64,000 nucleotides of DNA from Flavobacteriales bacterium (GTDB lineage: Bacteria > Bacteroidota > Bacteroidia > Flavobacteriales_D > Sanyastnellaceae). Positions within the stretch are counted from its first letter, which is position 1. Every line of letters starts with the position of its first letter. Made by a program: the position numbers and the translations under genes. Location of the stretch: contig JAPKCA010000001.1 in assembly GCA_028823145.1 (NCBI GenBank), forward strand, positions 240-64,239, written 5' to 3'. The notes beneath the pieces were generated by a model that saw only the letters and a program-made list of their open reading frames with translations, was not told the origin of the DNA and searched no databases. Shown one piece after another: positions 7,363 through 16,642 of the stretch.

Positions 7363-8790
7363 TCACAACCACTTCAACACCGCATTGATCAAGCGTGATT
7401 TTGAGCGGGTATAAGGTGGCATCAAAAGCCCCCCTACTCCGGCCCAGCGTTGCTCATAGACTCCTCTAAAATGCGTGAATTCCCGAAAGCCAAACTCCCC
7501 ATTTCCCGAACCTACTCCACTGGAGCCTAAACCGCCAAACGGCAAGTTGGTACTGGTAACATGAATGATACTGTTGTTGATGCTCACACCTCCAGATGGC
7601 ACCGCAGACATGACCTCACGGATCAATGATTTTTTCTTGCTGTAGAGGTACAAAGCCAATGGGGTTTCGCGTTCCCCAATGAAATCGATGGCTTCCTGCA
7701 AATGACCCCAGGTGATGACGGGCAACACGGGGCCAAATATTTCTTCATGAAGTATTCGAGATCCTGCTGGCACGTCAACCAAGATGGTGGGTTCAACATG
7801 GCAACCAACTGTGTCCACTTCGCCACCTCGGATAACGGTTGCTCCGCGTTCTTTGGCATCGATGATGAGCCCTTCAATGCGCTGGGCATGTCGAGTATGA
7901 ACGATGCGTTGATAATCTCGTGCTTTGGATTCTGCGTCAGGGTACAAAGAATCCATGGCAAGTTGAAGTTGGTCTACAAAAGCATCCCGGACGCTCTCAT
8001 GCACCAAGACGTAGTCCGGCGCCACACAAATTTGTCCAGCATTGGAGAGCTTGGACCATGCGATGCGCTTTGCCGCGGATTTCAAGTTTGCCGATGCATC
8101 CAGGATCACGGGAGATTTCCCTCCTAGCTCTAGCGTCACACTGCATGGCAGTTTTGCAGCTGCGGCCATGACCACTCGCCCCACTTGCGGTGAACCGGTG
8201 AAGAACATGTGATTGAAAGGCAACGTCAACAAATGCGTCGTCGTTTCCACGCCACCTTGCACCACGACCACCTCGCGAGGATCAAATACCGCGGCGACAA
8301 TTTCAGCCACGACTTTCGCTGTGTGCCCCGTCAATTCTGAAGGTTTCAGCAGAGCCGTACAACCTGCAGCAATGGCAGCAACCAACGGACGAAAAACCAG
8401 CTGCATGGGATAATTCCATGGAGCAATAATCAAAGCCACTCCTTTTCCTTCAGGCCTGATCCATGAAGAAGACCCGACCAAAGCCAAACCACTAGGAACT
8501 TTTCGCGGGCGCATCCAATTCCTCAGTGACCGCTTGACCGCTTTGATTTCACTTTTCAGCACAAATATTTCTGTGAGGTCAACCTCCTCTGGGGGTTTCT
8601 GAAAATCCTCCCACATGGCCTTTTTCAGATCATCCCTTCTCCGCCAAACTTCAGCGTTTAAGGCATTCAACCGCTTGATCCGCTGCTTGGCAGATAATTG
8701 GCGTTGTTGGGGAGCTCGCTCCACCAATCCTTGAAACAAGGCATTCATGGATTCAACAGCTGGAGCGACAGGAAGGATGGTGCTAGTCAT
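7363..8790 (-). CDS. NAD(P)-dependent aldehyde dehydrogenase (ALDH3/coniferyl-aldehyde type)
   Basis: Motifs TLELGGKSP, NAGQICVAPDY (catalytic Cys) and EEIFGPVLPV. The start is trimmed to MTSTILPV (ATG 8790), which avoids overlap with the divergent gene. Confidence 0.85.
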   Translation of the reverse strand: MTSTILPVAPAVESMNALFQGLVERAPQQRQLSAKQRIKRLNALNAEVWRRRDDLKKAMWEDFQKPPEEVDLTEIFVLKSEIKAVKRSLRNWMRPRKVPSGLALVGSSSWIRPEGKGVALIIAPWNYPMQLVFRPLVAAIAAGCTALLKPSELTGHTAKVVAEIVAAVFDPREVVVVQGGVETTTHLLTLPFNHMFFTGSPQVGRVVMAAAAKLPCSVTLELGGKSPVILDASANLKSAAKRIAWSKLSNAGQICVAPDYVLVHESVRDAFVDQLQLAMDSLYPDAESKARDYQRIVHTRHAQRIEGLIIDAKERGATVIRGGEVDTVGCHVEPTILVDVPAGSRILHEEIFGPVLPVITWGHLQEAIDFIGERETPLALYLYSKKKSLIREVMSAVPSGGVSINNSIIHVTSTNLPFGGLGSSGVGSGNGEFGFREFTHFRGVYEQRWAGVGGLLMPPYTRSKSRLINAVLKWL

Positions 8791-8861
8791 GAACAAAGCT
8801 TTGTAGCAATCTAACAACAGAATGATGCAGATTCCTCTTGGAAACGTAGGAACTTGGTCAA

Positions 8862-9470
8862 ATGAATTCACCGTGGGATGAACGCTACCGGAATCAAGAG
8901 GGATTGTACGGCGCTGAGCCCAATGCATTCTTTGCGGAAGCCTTGCGTGATTGCGTCGGACATTCCATGCTCCTCCCGTGCGATGGTGAAGGGCGCAACG
9001 CTGTTTTTGCGGCCAAGCAAGGTTGGAATGTATGGTCTTTTGATGCCAGTCAAGTCGGTGTAACCACTTCTATTCGGTGGGCGGAAGAAGCTGGAGTGAC
9101 CATCCATTCGGTCCAAGCCGACGCCTTCGAATACACTCCGCCCAATGGTCCCGTAGATGTTGTTGGATTGTTCTACGCTCACATGCCCGAATCCATGCGC
9201 AACGCTTTTCATCGACGTGCCTTGTCATGGGTCAAGCCTGGAGGCCTGATCATCTTGGAAGGATTTCACACGGATCAGTTGCAGTTTTCGTCTGGAGGCC
9301 CCAAAGATCTGGCAATGCTCTTGACTCCTGAAATTTTAGAATCAGACTTCGACGAACTGACCGTTTTGCAAAATCAGTCCTTGCGTGTAAAATTGAATGA
9401 AGGACCTTTGCACCAAGGTGCAGCTGCTGTTTGTCGATTCATCGGTCAGAAACCCCAATCAACCCCTTGA
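8862..9470 (+). CDS. Class I SAM-dependent methyltransferase
   Basis: Motif-I-like LLPCDGEGRNAVFAAKQGWNVWSFD. The size (~200 aa) and layout resemble TehB/TPMT-type small methyltransferases. Confidence 0.65.
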   Translation: MNSPWDERYRNQEGLYGAEPNAFFAEALRDCVGHSMLLPCDGEGRNAVFAAKQGWNVWSFDASQVGVTTSIRWAEEAGVTIHSVQADAFEYTPPNGPVDVVGLFYAHMPESMRNAFHRRALSWVKPGGLIILEGFHTDQLQFSSGGPKDLAMLLTPEILESDFDELTVLQNQSLRVKLNEGPLHQGAAAVCRFIGQKPQSTP

Positions 9471-9474
9471 CAAG

Positions 9475-10896
9475 ATGAGATACCCTGCCGTACTATTGAT
9501 TCCCATTGCTGTGGTTGGAATATCATTTTTCATAGGTTCAGATACGCAATCGGACCAAACCGAAGAACCCGGTGCCGTCCTGTATGCGGAATTTTGCCAA
9601 GATTGCCATGGCACAAACGGGCGTGATTTTGTGGGCCGCACATGGAAACTTGGAAGCCGAAAGAAGGACCTCCTGCGCGTGATGGAAGAGGGCTATCCTT
9701 TGCTTGGCATGCCCGGTTATGGGGCGACCATGGGGCCGGAAGAATTGGATTCGCTGGCTGAATATGTGTTGCAACAAGCGCAAAAGGAAAAGCGGTTCTA
9801 CCCAACTGCCCCGAGGACTGAGGAAACTTCCGATCTCACAATCCGAGCCGATGTCATCATGGACGGCCTCGAAACTCCCTGGGGAATGGACCTGACCGAT
9901 CAAGGCGGACTATTGGTGACCGAGCGAGAAGGCCGCCTGTGGCACTTTCAAGAGGGCGTTCAACGAGTGGTTAAAGGATTGCCCGACGACATCATCGTCA
10001 AGGGACAAGGAGGGCTCATGGATGTGGCGTTTTGGACCGATAACAAAACACTTGAATCGTGGGTTTACTTAAGCTACAGCAAGCTTCACCCTGACAACGA
10101 TCGACTCTCCGCTACCGGATTGATTCGTGGCCGATGGGAAGTGGCCGACAGCACGTTCCGATTGGCTGATGTGGAGACGCTCTTCATCGCCACTCCCTAT
10201 GAGAAAACGCATCATCATTACGGAAGTCGAATCGCTTTTGGACCGGATGGGATGCTCTATCTGACATGCGGTGAACGCGGCCATCGGGATACCCATCCCC
10301 AATCGTTGGAATCACGGCCTGGAAAAGTGCACCGCCTGCACCCCGATGGGACAATTCCTGCAGACAATCCCTTTTTGAACATCCCTGGAGCGGAGCCTTC
10401 TATTTGGACCTGGGGGCACCGCAATCCACAGGGGATGTTTGTCCATCCCACGACGGGAGAAATATGGACGCATGAGCATGGCCCAAAAGGCGGAGATGAA
10501 ATCAACATCCTCCGAAAAGGCGCCAACTACGGTTGGCCCAGCATCACTTTTGGGAGGAATTACAGTGGAACCATTATCACCCGCGATACAGCCATGACAG
10601 GGATGGAACAGCCCTTGTATTATTGGCTCCCTTCCATCGGAGCATGCGGCTTGGATATCATTGATGGAGGGCAATGGCCGAAAGCTTGGCAAGGAAACCT
10701 ATTGGCCGGTTCGTTGAGTTTTGAATACTTGGAACGATTGGTCCTCGACCAAGATCAAAAGGTGATCCATCGAGAAAATTTGCTCGAAGACATTGGGCGT
10801 GTGAGGGATATTTGCACGGGACCAAATGGCGATGTCTTTGTGGCCATTGAAGGAGCAGGAACGGTCGTTCGATTGATCCCACTTCCAAAATTATGA
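9475..10896 (+). CDS. Cytochrome c domain fused to a PQQ-dependent sugar (glucose/sorbosone) dehydrogenase beta-propeller
   Basis: Signal/TM MRYPAVLLIPIAVVGISFFIG and haem motif CQDCHG. These are followed by HHYGSRIAFGPDG, WGHRNPQG and HEHGPKGGDEIN...GANYGWP, which are typical of soluble PQQ dehydrogenases. Confidence 0.8.
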   Translation: MRYPAVLLIPIAVVGISFFIGSDTQSDQTEEPGAVLYAEFCQDCHGTNGRDFVGRTWKLGSRKKDLLRVMEEGYPLLGMPGYGATMGPEELDSLAEYVLQQAQKEKRFYPTAPRTEETSDLTIRADVIMDGLETPWGMDLTDQGGLLVTEREGRLWHFQEGVQRVVKGLPDDIIVKGQGGLMDVAFWTDNKTLESWVYLSYSKLHPDNDRLSATGLIRGRWEVADSTFRLADVETLFIATPYEKTHHHYGSRIAFGPDGMLYLTCGERGHRDTHPQSLESRPGKVHRLHPDGTIPADNPFLNIPGAEPSIWTWGHRNPQGMFVHPTTGEIWTHEHGPKGGDEINILRKGANYGWPSITFGRNYSGTIITRDTAMTGMEQPLYYWLPSIGACGLDIIDGGQWPKAWQGNLLAGSLSFEYLERLVLDQDQKVIHRENLLEDIGRVRDICTGPNGDVFVAIEGAGTVVRLIPLPKL

Positions 10897-10906
10897 TCGC
10901 TTGAAA

Positions 10907-11893
10907 ATGGTCCCGCGATTTCTCGTTCTATGCTCCCTGGTTGGGTTGTTGGGGGTTTCACTCCAGGCCACATCACAGACGGTGACCAAAACCCTGACGG
11001 CCGCGGAAGAGAACGCCCTCAGGATGGCCGAATCTCCTGCTCCCATTGTGGACACCGTGCTCTGGAAAAGCGAAGGTGTTGTCAATGTGCAATTCAGCCA
11101 AGTGCATCTGAAAAATTGGGCGGCTGGAGGCCAAAGCAACCTGTCTTTGATGACAAAATTCGATCACAACTGGAATCTCGATCGAGAACGAATCGGCTGG
11201 GACACGGAGTTGCATTTGGCCTTCGGAATGTTGCACCGACCGGAAGACAATGTTTTCATCAAAACTGACGATCGCTTCGAATGGTCTTCGAAATGGGGGT
11301 ACCGCGCAACAGAGACCGCCTTCATGACAATCATGGCTCAATTCCGATCACAATTCGCTCCAGGATACAGCATGATGGACGGCATTCCGGATAGAGACAA
11401 TCTTCGCTCCAATTGGATGGCACCAGGCTACGGCGTCTTCGCCGCGGGGATTGATTACAAAAACTCAAAAGGCGGATTCACCCTCTTTTTCGCCCCGTTT
11501 ACCTACAAAGGCACATGGGTGCTGGATGATTCATTGTCTCAGGCTGGCGCCTTTGGCGTTGAACCCGGGGAGCGATTTCGCTATGAATTGGGTGGATATA
11601 TAAAGTTGGGCTGGGTGACTCCCGTCGTGGAAAATGTCACCTACGCCTTGCGCCTCGATTTGTTTTCCAATTTTGTCGCAAATCCTGAAAACGTGGATTT
11701 GTTCACGGACCACGTGCTTTCGCTCAAAATCAACTCCTACCTCACCACCACCATTAGTGCGACATTCATCTATGATGATGATGTTATTTTAACCAAAGAG
11801 CCGATTGAAGTGGAAGGCGAGATGATTCCACAACAGGGACCCGGAGTCCAATTTAAGGAAGTGATCTCCGTAGGACTTTCGCTAAAATTTTAA
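10907..11893 (+). CDS. Outer-membrane beta-barrel protein, DUF3078-like
   Basis: Signal peptide MVPRFLVLCSLVGLLGVSLQA. It has the LKNWAAGGQSNLSL motif I associate with DUF3078, alternating beta-strand pattern, and a terminal F. ATG 10907 is preferred over TTG 10901. Confidence 0.6.
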   Translation: MVPRFLVLCSLVGLLGVSLQATSQTVTKTLTAAEENALRMAESPAPIVDTVLWKSEGVVNVQFSQVHLKNWAAGGQSNLSLMTKFDHNWNLDRERIGWDTELHLAFGMLHRPEDNVFIKTDDRFEWSSKWGYRATETAFMTIMAQFRSQFAPGYSMMDGIPDRDNLRSNWMAPGYGVFAAGIDYKNSKGGFTLFFAPFTYKGTWVLDDSLSQAGAFGVEPGERFRYELGGYIKLGWVTPVVENVTYALRLDLFSNFVANPENVDLFTDHVLSLKINSYLTTTISATFIYDDDVILTKEPIEVEGEMIPQQGPGVQFKEVISVGLSLKF

Positions 11894-11926
11894 AGACATG
11901 TGCCTCGCTCGTTCTATTTTTACACC

Positions 11927-12820
11927 ATGAAAGCATTTGTTTTTCCAGGTCAAGGCGCTCAATTTCCAGGCATGGGACTTGACCTTTATCAAGCGTCATC
12001 GATTGCACGCAATCGTTTTGCCAGAGCGGATGAACTGCTCGGATTTCCCATTTCCACGACCATGTTCGAGGGAACTGAGGGCGATTTAAAGCAAACCGCT
12101 GTGACCCAACCGGCCATTTTCTTGCATTCGGTTCTCCTCGCAGAATTATTGGGAGAACGATTCCAACCGGGCGTCGTGGCTGGGCACAGCCTCGGGGAAT
12201 TCTCTGCATTGGTCGCTGCAGGAGCGATGAAGTTTGAAGACGGCCTGCAACTTGTTTCAGAACGTGCGCAAGCCATGCAAGCAGCATGCGAAAAGGCACC
12301 ATCGACGATGGCTGCCGTCTTAGGACTGGAGGATGATGTTGTTGAATCCATTTGCGCATCAACTTCGGGAATCGTGGTCGCTGCCAACTACAATTGCCCC
12401 GGCCAATTGGTTATCAGCGGTGAAAACAGTGCCGTAGAAGCAGCTTGCGCAGCGCTCACTGAAGCCGGTGCTCGTCGGGCAATTCTACTTCCCGTCGGCG
12501 GCGCCTTTCACTCTCCCCTGATGGAACCCGCGCGGGAACGGTTGGCCCAAGCCATCGCCAACACCACACTCAAAACACCCCGTTGTCCCATCGTTCAAAA
12601 TGTCCATGCCCAACCCGAAACTGACCCGGCGAGGATCAAGGAAAATCTGATGTCACAGCTTACGGCTCCTGTACGTTGGACCCAATCCATGCACCAGATG
12701 ATTCTGATGGGAGCTGATGAAGCCGTCGAAGTGGGGCCTGGTAAAGTGCTCCAAGGTTTATTTAAAAAAGTGGATCGTGCTTTTGCTGTATCAGGTGCAA
12801 CGATTTTGACTGAAGCATAA
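11927..12820 (+). CDS. fabD: Malonyl-CoA:ACP transacylase
   Basis: Starts MKAFVFPGQGAQ, with the GHSLGE active-site serine motif. Length is ~297 aa. Confidence 0.9.
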   Translation: MKAFVFPGQGAQFPGMGLDLYQASSIARNRFARADELLGFPISTTMFEGTEGDLKQTAVTQPAIFLHSVLLAELLGERFQPGVVAGHSLGEFSALVAAGAMKFEDGLQLVSERAQAMQAACEKAPSTMAAVLGLEDDVVESICASTSGIVVAANYNCPGQLVISGENSAVEAACAALTEAGARRAILLPVGGAFHSPLMEPARERLAQAIANTTLKTPRCPIVQNVHAQPETDPARIKENLMSQLTAPVRWTQSMHQMILMGADEAVEVGPGKVLQGLFKKVDRAFAVSGATILTEA

Positions 12821-12834
12821 AACCAATGCTCAAT

Positions 12835-12870
12835 AAAAAAGGCGGACTCCTGAGGGGTCCGCCTTTTTTA
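12835..12870. terminator. Bidirectional rho-independent terminator
   Basis: aaaaaa-ggcggactcc-tgag-gggtccgcc-tttttta, located between the convergent fabD and the 12888..13148 ORF. Confidence 0.75.
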
Positions 12871-12887
12871 TTTACGATGGTGATCGT

Positions 12888-13148
12888 TTAGACTGCGACT
12901 TCGTTCGCGTAAGTATGCAGGGACATCAGTTCATTCTCTGTCACCAACAATGCTTGCTTTAAGCTGCTGTTTTCACCGCGCAGCTCATCGCATCGACGTT
13001 GAGCCAATGCCAATTCATTTTTCAAACGCATGAATTCCTTAAGGGTCGACACCCGTTCTTGACGGGCCGTTTCGAGCTGGAGCATGAGGTCTTGCATACT
13101 ACAAAGAACGATGAGAGGCCGAAGCATCACAACGGCATGCACATACAT
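12888..13148 (-). CDS. Small hypothetical coiled-coil protein
   Basis: Heptad-like MQDLMLQLETARQERVSTLKEFMRLKNELALAQRRCDELRGENSSLKQALLVTENEL. I recognise no family. It may be non-coding. Confidence 0.35.
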   Translation of the reverse strand: MYVHAVVMLRPLIVLCSMQDLMLQLETARQERVSTLKEFMRLKNELALAQRRCDELRGENSSLKQALLVTENELMSLHTYANEVAV

Positions 13149-13198
13149 TTATCCACCTTTTGACGTTCATTTCAACAACTCCTTGCCCACAGATTCTG

Positions 13199-14389
13199 TC
13201 ATGAAAATCGTCGACGAAAAACCAACATCAACACCGCACTGATCAGGCCGAAAATTCCACAGATTCCATACAGTCCTGAAATCGCATCCAGATTACCAGA
13301 AAAGCTATAACCTGAAAATACCGCACCTCCTCCAATTCCAAGCTCCAAAGCCATGAGCATGGTACCCAAAGCCAAAGCGATTTTTCCAGGACGAGCCAAA
13401 TCTGCTGTCCACGCAAAAATGGTTGGCATGTTAATCCCAACCGATGCGCCATAAATCAAGCCCGCCACCGTTGCAGTGGCTTTGCTGTCAGCGTATGCCA
13501 GCCCCCCCATCCCACAAGCCATCAGCAAACCGCCGATGATCAACAAGGGCACACGCCCATAACGATCCGAGGCCCGACCCGCAACAAATCGCATCGAAAT
13601 GGAAGCTACAACAATGATGGTGTTGAAGGATCCTTTGTAGACATACCCCAATGAATCCACAAAGTCCGGTGTAATGGTCAAGAACGTTCCAAACGCAAAT
13701 GCAACCGGCAACAAAGCCACAGAAGCTGGCCACGAGGACCAATCCAAGACTGGACCTTTGAATATATTCAAGTCTTTCAACAGAACCGGCCGAGCCTGGG
13801 GAAGGGATTCTGGCAAACGAATCGTCATGAACAAGGCAAGAACTCCCAAGATGCTCGACCCGATGAACATCGCATCATACCCATATTCGACGGTCAACCA
13901 ACTTCCGAGCGCAGGCCCACCAGCCATTCCCGCATTGCCTGCCACTCCCAGATAGCCCAACGCTTCACCTCTCCTGTTGATGGGAGTGATATCGGTCAAG
14001 AAAGCCGTCGTACCCGTAGGACGAAAGCCCGTGCTCATGCCATGAAGTAATCTCAAAAGAAGGAAAAACCAGATGGCCAAGGGCACGCCTTTCCAAGGCA
14101 AAAAATCCGAGCCATGAATCCACCCAACCCCGATGTAGCCCAACCCGGCAATGGTTGTAATCCACGTTCCAAAGAGCATGACAGGTCGGCGACCGGCGTG
14201 GTCAGCTATGCGGCCACTCACAAAACGTGAGAAGAAAGCACCGACCGTAAACAGCCCCACAATCCATCCGATCAAATCAGACCGACCGAGCATGGTCAAA
14301 TATCCTGGCAATTCAGGCATGACCATTCCAAAGCTGGCCATAAACAACACGGTGCTGGAGCAGAGCATCCAAAACTGGGTTGAAAACAT
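13199..14389 (-). CDS. MFS transporter
   Basis: About 12 predicted TM segments and an MFS loop motif GRIADHAGRRP. The start is trimmed to MFSTQFWML (ATG 14389). Confidence 0.8.
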   Translation of the reverse strand: MFSTQFWMLCSSTVLFMASFGMVMPELPGYLTMLGRSDLIGWIVGLFTVGAFFSRFVSGRIADHAGRRPVMLFGTWITTIAGLGYIGVGWIHGSDFLPWKGVPLAIWFFLLLRLLHGMSTGFRPTGTTAFLTDITPINRRGEALGYLGVAGNAGMAGGPALGSWLTVEYGYDAMFIGSSILGVLALFMTIRLPESLPQARPVLLKDLNIFKGPVLDWSSWPASVALLPVAFAFGTFLTITPDFVDSLGYVYKGSFNTIIVVASISMRFVAGRASDRYGRVPLLIIGGLLMACGMGGLAYADSKATATVAGLIYGASVGINMPTIFAWTADLARPGKIALALGTMLMALELGIGGGAVFSGYSFSGNLDAISGLYGICGIFGLISAVLMLVFRRRFS

Positions 14390-14457
14390 CGGAGTTTCCG
14401 TAGTGGCGGATGCATTTTTCACTTGCCGGCAAAGGTACCACGGCTTAACTTGGAAGC

Positions 14458-14865
14458 ATGCAATACCCGGCCAAAGTCTTGATCGCATGGGGCGAAGCCA
14501 TTTCGGGCAATCGCCCCCTTCGAGATTGGCTCATGAAGCATGGATATGAAGAGTTGGGCATGGCATGCCATGCTCTTCATCACGTCGAATCTTCCAGGAC
14601 GTGGCTCATGGCCAATGGCCATCAGCGCATTATGGCCATGATTCGTGGGGCTGAAGGTGATCCAAATGCCATTCTTTGGCTGCAACGATTCGGGTTTAAT
14701 TACTTGGCGGACGTGGCATCAGGAGCTGACAACGATGATGAAGCAGTCAAACGTCTCTTAAAAGCGAATCAAAAAGAGTGGGCGGGCATCGCATTGAAAT
14801 TGCGATTCGTCAAAAATCAATTGGAGGACGATAACAACGATGTACACCGCATCTCTCCCGTTTGA
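14458..14865 (+). CDS. Hypothetical protein with three tandem ~22-aa WL-x3-G repeats
   Basis: The repeats are RPLRDWLMKHGYEELGMACHAL, ESSRTWLMANGHQRIMAMIRGA and DPNAILWLQRFGFNYLADVASGA. The family is not recognised. Confidence 0.45.
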   Translation: MQYPAKVLIAWGEAISGNRPLRDWLMKHGYEELGMACHALHHVESSRTWLMANGHQRIMAMIRGAEGDPNAILWLQRFGFNYLADVASGADNDDEAVKRLLKANQKEWAGIALKLRFVKNQLEDDNNDVHRISPV

Positions 14866-14877
14866 AAAAGCAAGGAC

Positions 14878-16152
14878 TCAGCGACTGAGATAGACCAAGT
14901 GACTCAGTCCTTCAGGGGCCAATACTTCATTTGCAAGCCGCAGGACATCATCCGCACTGATGGCATCAATCGAAGCGAAAACCGATTCGAGCGATTCCAC
15001 ACGATCATACAAAAGGTAGCTTTTGCCTAAACCCGTCATGATGCTGTTGCCCGAATCTTGGGATAAGGCAATATGCCCCACTACCTGTTGCTTGATATCA
15101 TGAAGCTGGCGCACACCGAGCCGGTTATTTCGAAGGTCTTTCAATTCCTTCAAAACCAATTTTTCAGCGCGCGCGTGCAACCGCTGATCCGTTCCAAAAT
15201 AGATGCTAAAGGTTCCGACATCGCTATATGGACTGTAAGCACATTCGATGTTGTATGCCATGCCATGCCGTTCACGAACATTCAAGCTCAATCGATTATT
15301 CATTGTCGGACCGCCCAAATGATTGGCCAGCAAAGCCAATCCCAATCGATCCGGATGGTCGCTCCCATGAGTCACGGTTCCCATGACATGGTGCACCTGG
15401 TGGATATCCTTGGCCTCTCGAACATCGAATTTGGGCAGCGCCACCACAGGCTGGCGATTCAATTTCGCAGTTCCCGCAGAAAGCGAACCGAAGTACTTCT
15501 CACAAAGGCGATGCACCTTTTTCCAAGGGGTAGCTCCCACGGCACTAAACACCATTTGTTCTGTCTGGTAATGCCTTTGAACAAATCCTTTCAGAACCTC
15601 TCGATTCATAGAAGAGACCGAATCCTTTGTGCCTAGGATATTCCCACCTAAGGAATGGCCTGCAAAAAGACGTTCTTCAAATTCGTCAAAAATTGCATCC
15701 GCCGGACTGTCCAAATACGCATGAAGTTCATCTAAAATCACATCCCGTTCCTTGAGGATTTCCTTATCCGGAAACGTTGCTTGGAAAGTGATATCAGAGA
15801 TCAATTCTACTGCTCGTTCGAGGTGCTGTTCTGAAAACGCCGCATAAATCCACGTATCCTCCTTGGATGTGTAAGCATTGAATTCACCCCCAACGCTATC
15901 CAAACGGTTGAGGATATGAAATGCCTTTCGTTTCTGGGTGCCTTTGAATAAAGTATGCTCAATGAAGTGCGCAGCACCTGATTCTCCAAGGGATGAAATT
16001 TCATCACGAGCACCCGCATTGATCACCAATCCACAATGGGTCACTGGACGTGGAACTTGCTTGTAAATCAATCGGAATCCATTTGCAAACCGCGCGGTAT
16101 GCAACTCCTCTTTGCCCCATTGAGGCAAACTAGATGATGAGATTGATGGCAA
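14878..16152 (-). CDS. M16 family (pitrilysin/insulinase-like) zinc peptidase
   Basis: The inverted zinc motif HFIEHTLFKGT (HxxEH) is in the expected N-terminal position. The start codon appears to be TTG at 16152; there is no in-frame ATG nearby. Confidence 0.8.
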   Translation of the reverse strand: MPSISSSSLPQWGKEELHTARFANGFRLIYKQVPRPVTHCGLVINAGARDEISSLGESGAAHFIEHTLFKGTQKRKAFHILNRLDSVGGEFNAYTSKEDTWIYAAFSEQHLERAVELISDITFQATFPDKEILKERDVILDELHAYLDSPADAIFDEFEERLFAGHSLGGNILGTKDSVSSMNREVLKGFVQRHYQTEQMVFSAVGATPWKKVHRLCEKYFGSLSAGTAKLNRQPVVALPKFDVREAKDIHQVHHVMGTVTHGSDHPDRLGLALLANHLGGPTMNNRLSLNVRERHGMAYNIECAYSPYSDVGTFSIYFGTDQRLHARAEKLVLKELKDLRNNRLGVRQLHDIKQQVVGHIALSQDSGNSIMTGLGKSYLLYDRVESLESVFASIDAISADDVLRLANEVLAPEGLSHLVYLSR

Positions 16153-16199
16153 GCTATTGCGCTATGATTGCCCCCGCACTGGAGCCTGGTGGTACCGAA

Positions 16200-16577
16200 T
16201 CAAAAAGGCAAATCATCATCGTCGGCAGCAGGCGCCACAGGCATGGGTGGCACATCAGGCATCGGATCCTGAGAAACTGCCGGTGCAGCCGCTCCTTGCT
16301 CAGGCGGCGCGCCATCTCCGGCCTCAACACGCCAAGCATTGAGATCGACATAAAAATTACCATTGTACTCGCGGCCACGAACATCAAACTTCACCAACAC
16401 CGGATCTCCTTCTTGGAATCGCGCTATTTGCTCCGTTCGTTCTTTGACTGCTGTAAACTTTACATCCTGCGGATATTGCTCCTCTGTGGTAACCACAAAG
16501 TCACGTTTATAGAATCCGCTTGGAAAATCTTGTTGTTCGAAGATCTTTTTGATCTTCCCTTTCATTTCAAAACCCAT
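16200..16577 (-). CDS. DUF3127-type OB-fold protein with an SSB-like acidic C-terminal tip
   Basis: KGKIKKIFEQQDFPSGFYKRDFVVTTEEQYPQDVKFTAVKERTEQI...VKFDVRGREYNGNFYVDLNAWRVE is typical of DUF3127. A Pro/Ala-rich linker follows, ending in ADDDDLPF. Confidence 0.75.
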   Translation of the reverse strand: MGFEMKGKIKKIFEQQDFPSGFYKRDFVVTTEEQYPQDVKFTAVKERTEQIARFQEGDPVLVKFDVRGREYNGNFYVDLNAWRVEAGDGAPPEQGAAAPAVSQDPMPDVPPMPVAPAADDDDLPF

Positions 16578-16642
16578 AAGGCGAAGGTATCGCGTGCGAG
16601 CTGAATGGCGATACGTTCTGATAAAAAAAAACGCGTAGGACG

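Noticed and set aside
15073-15636. 187-aa ORF antisense to the M16 peptidase
   Set aside because: Shadow ORF. The opposite strand carries the HxxEH peptidase.
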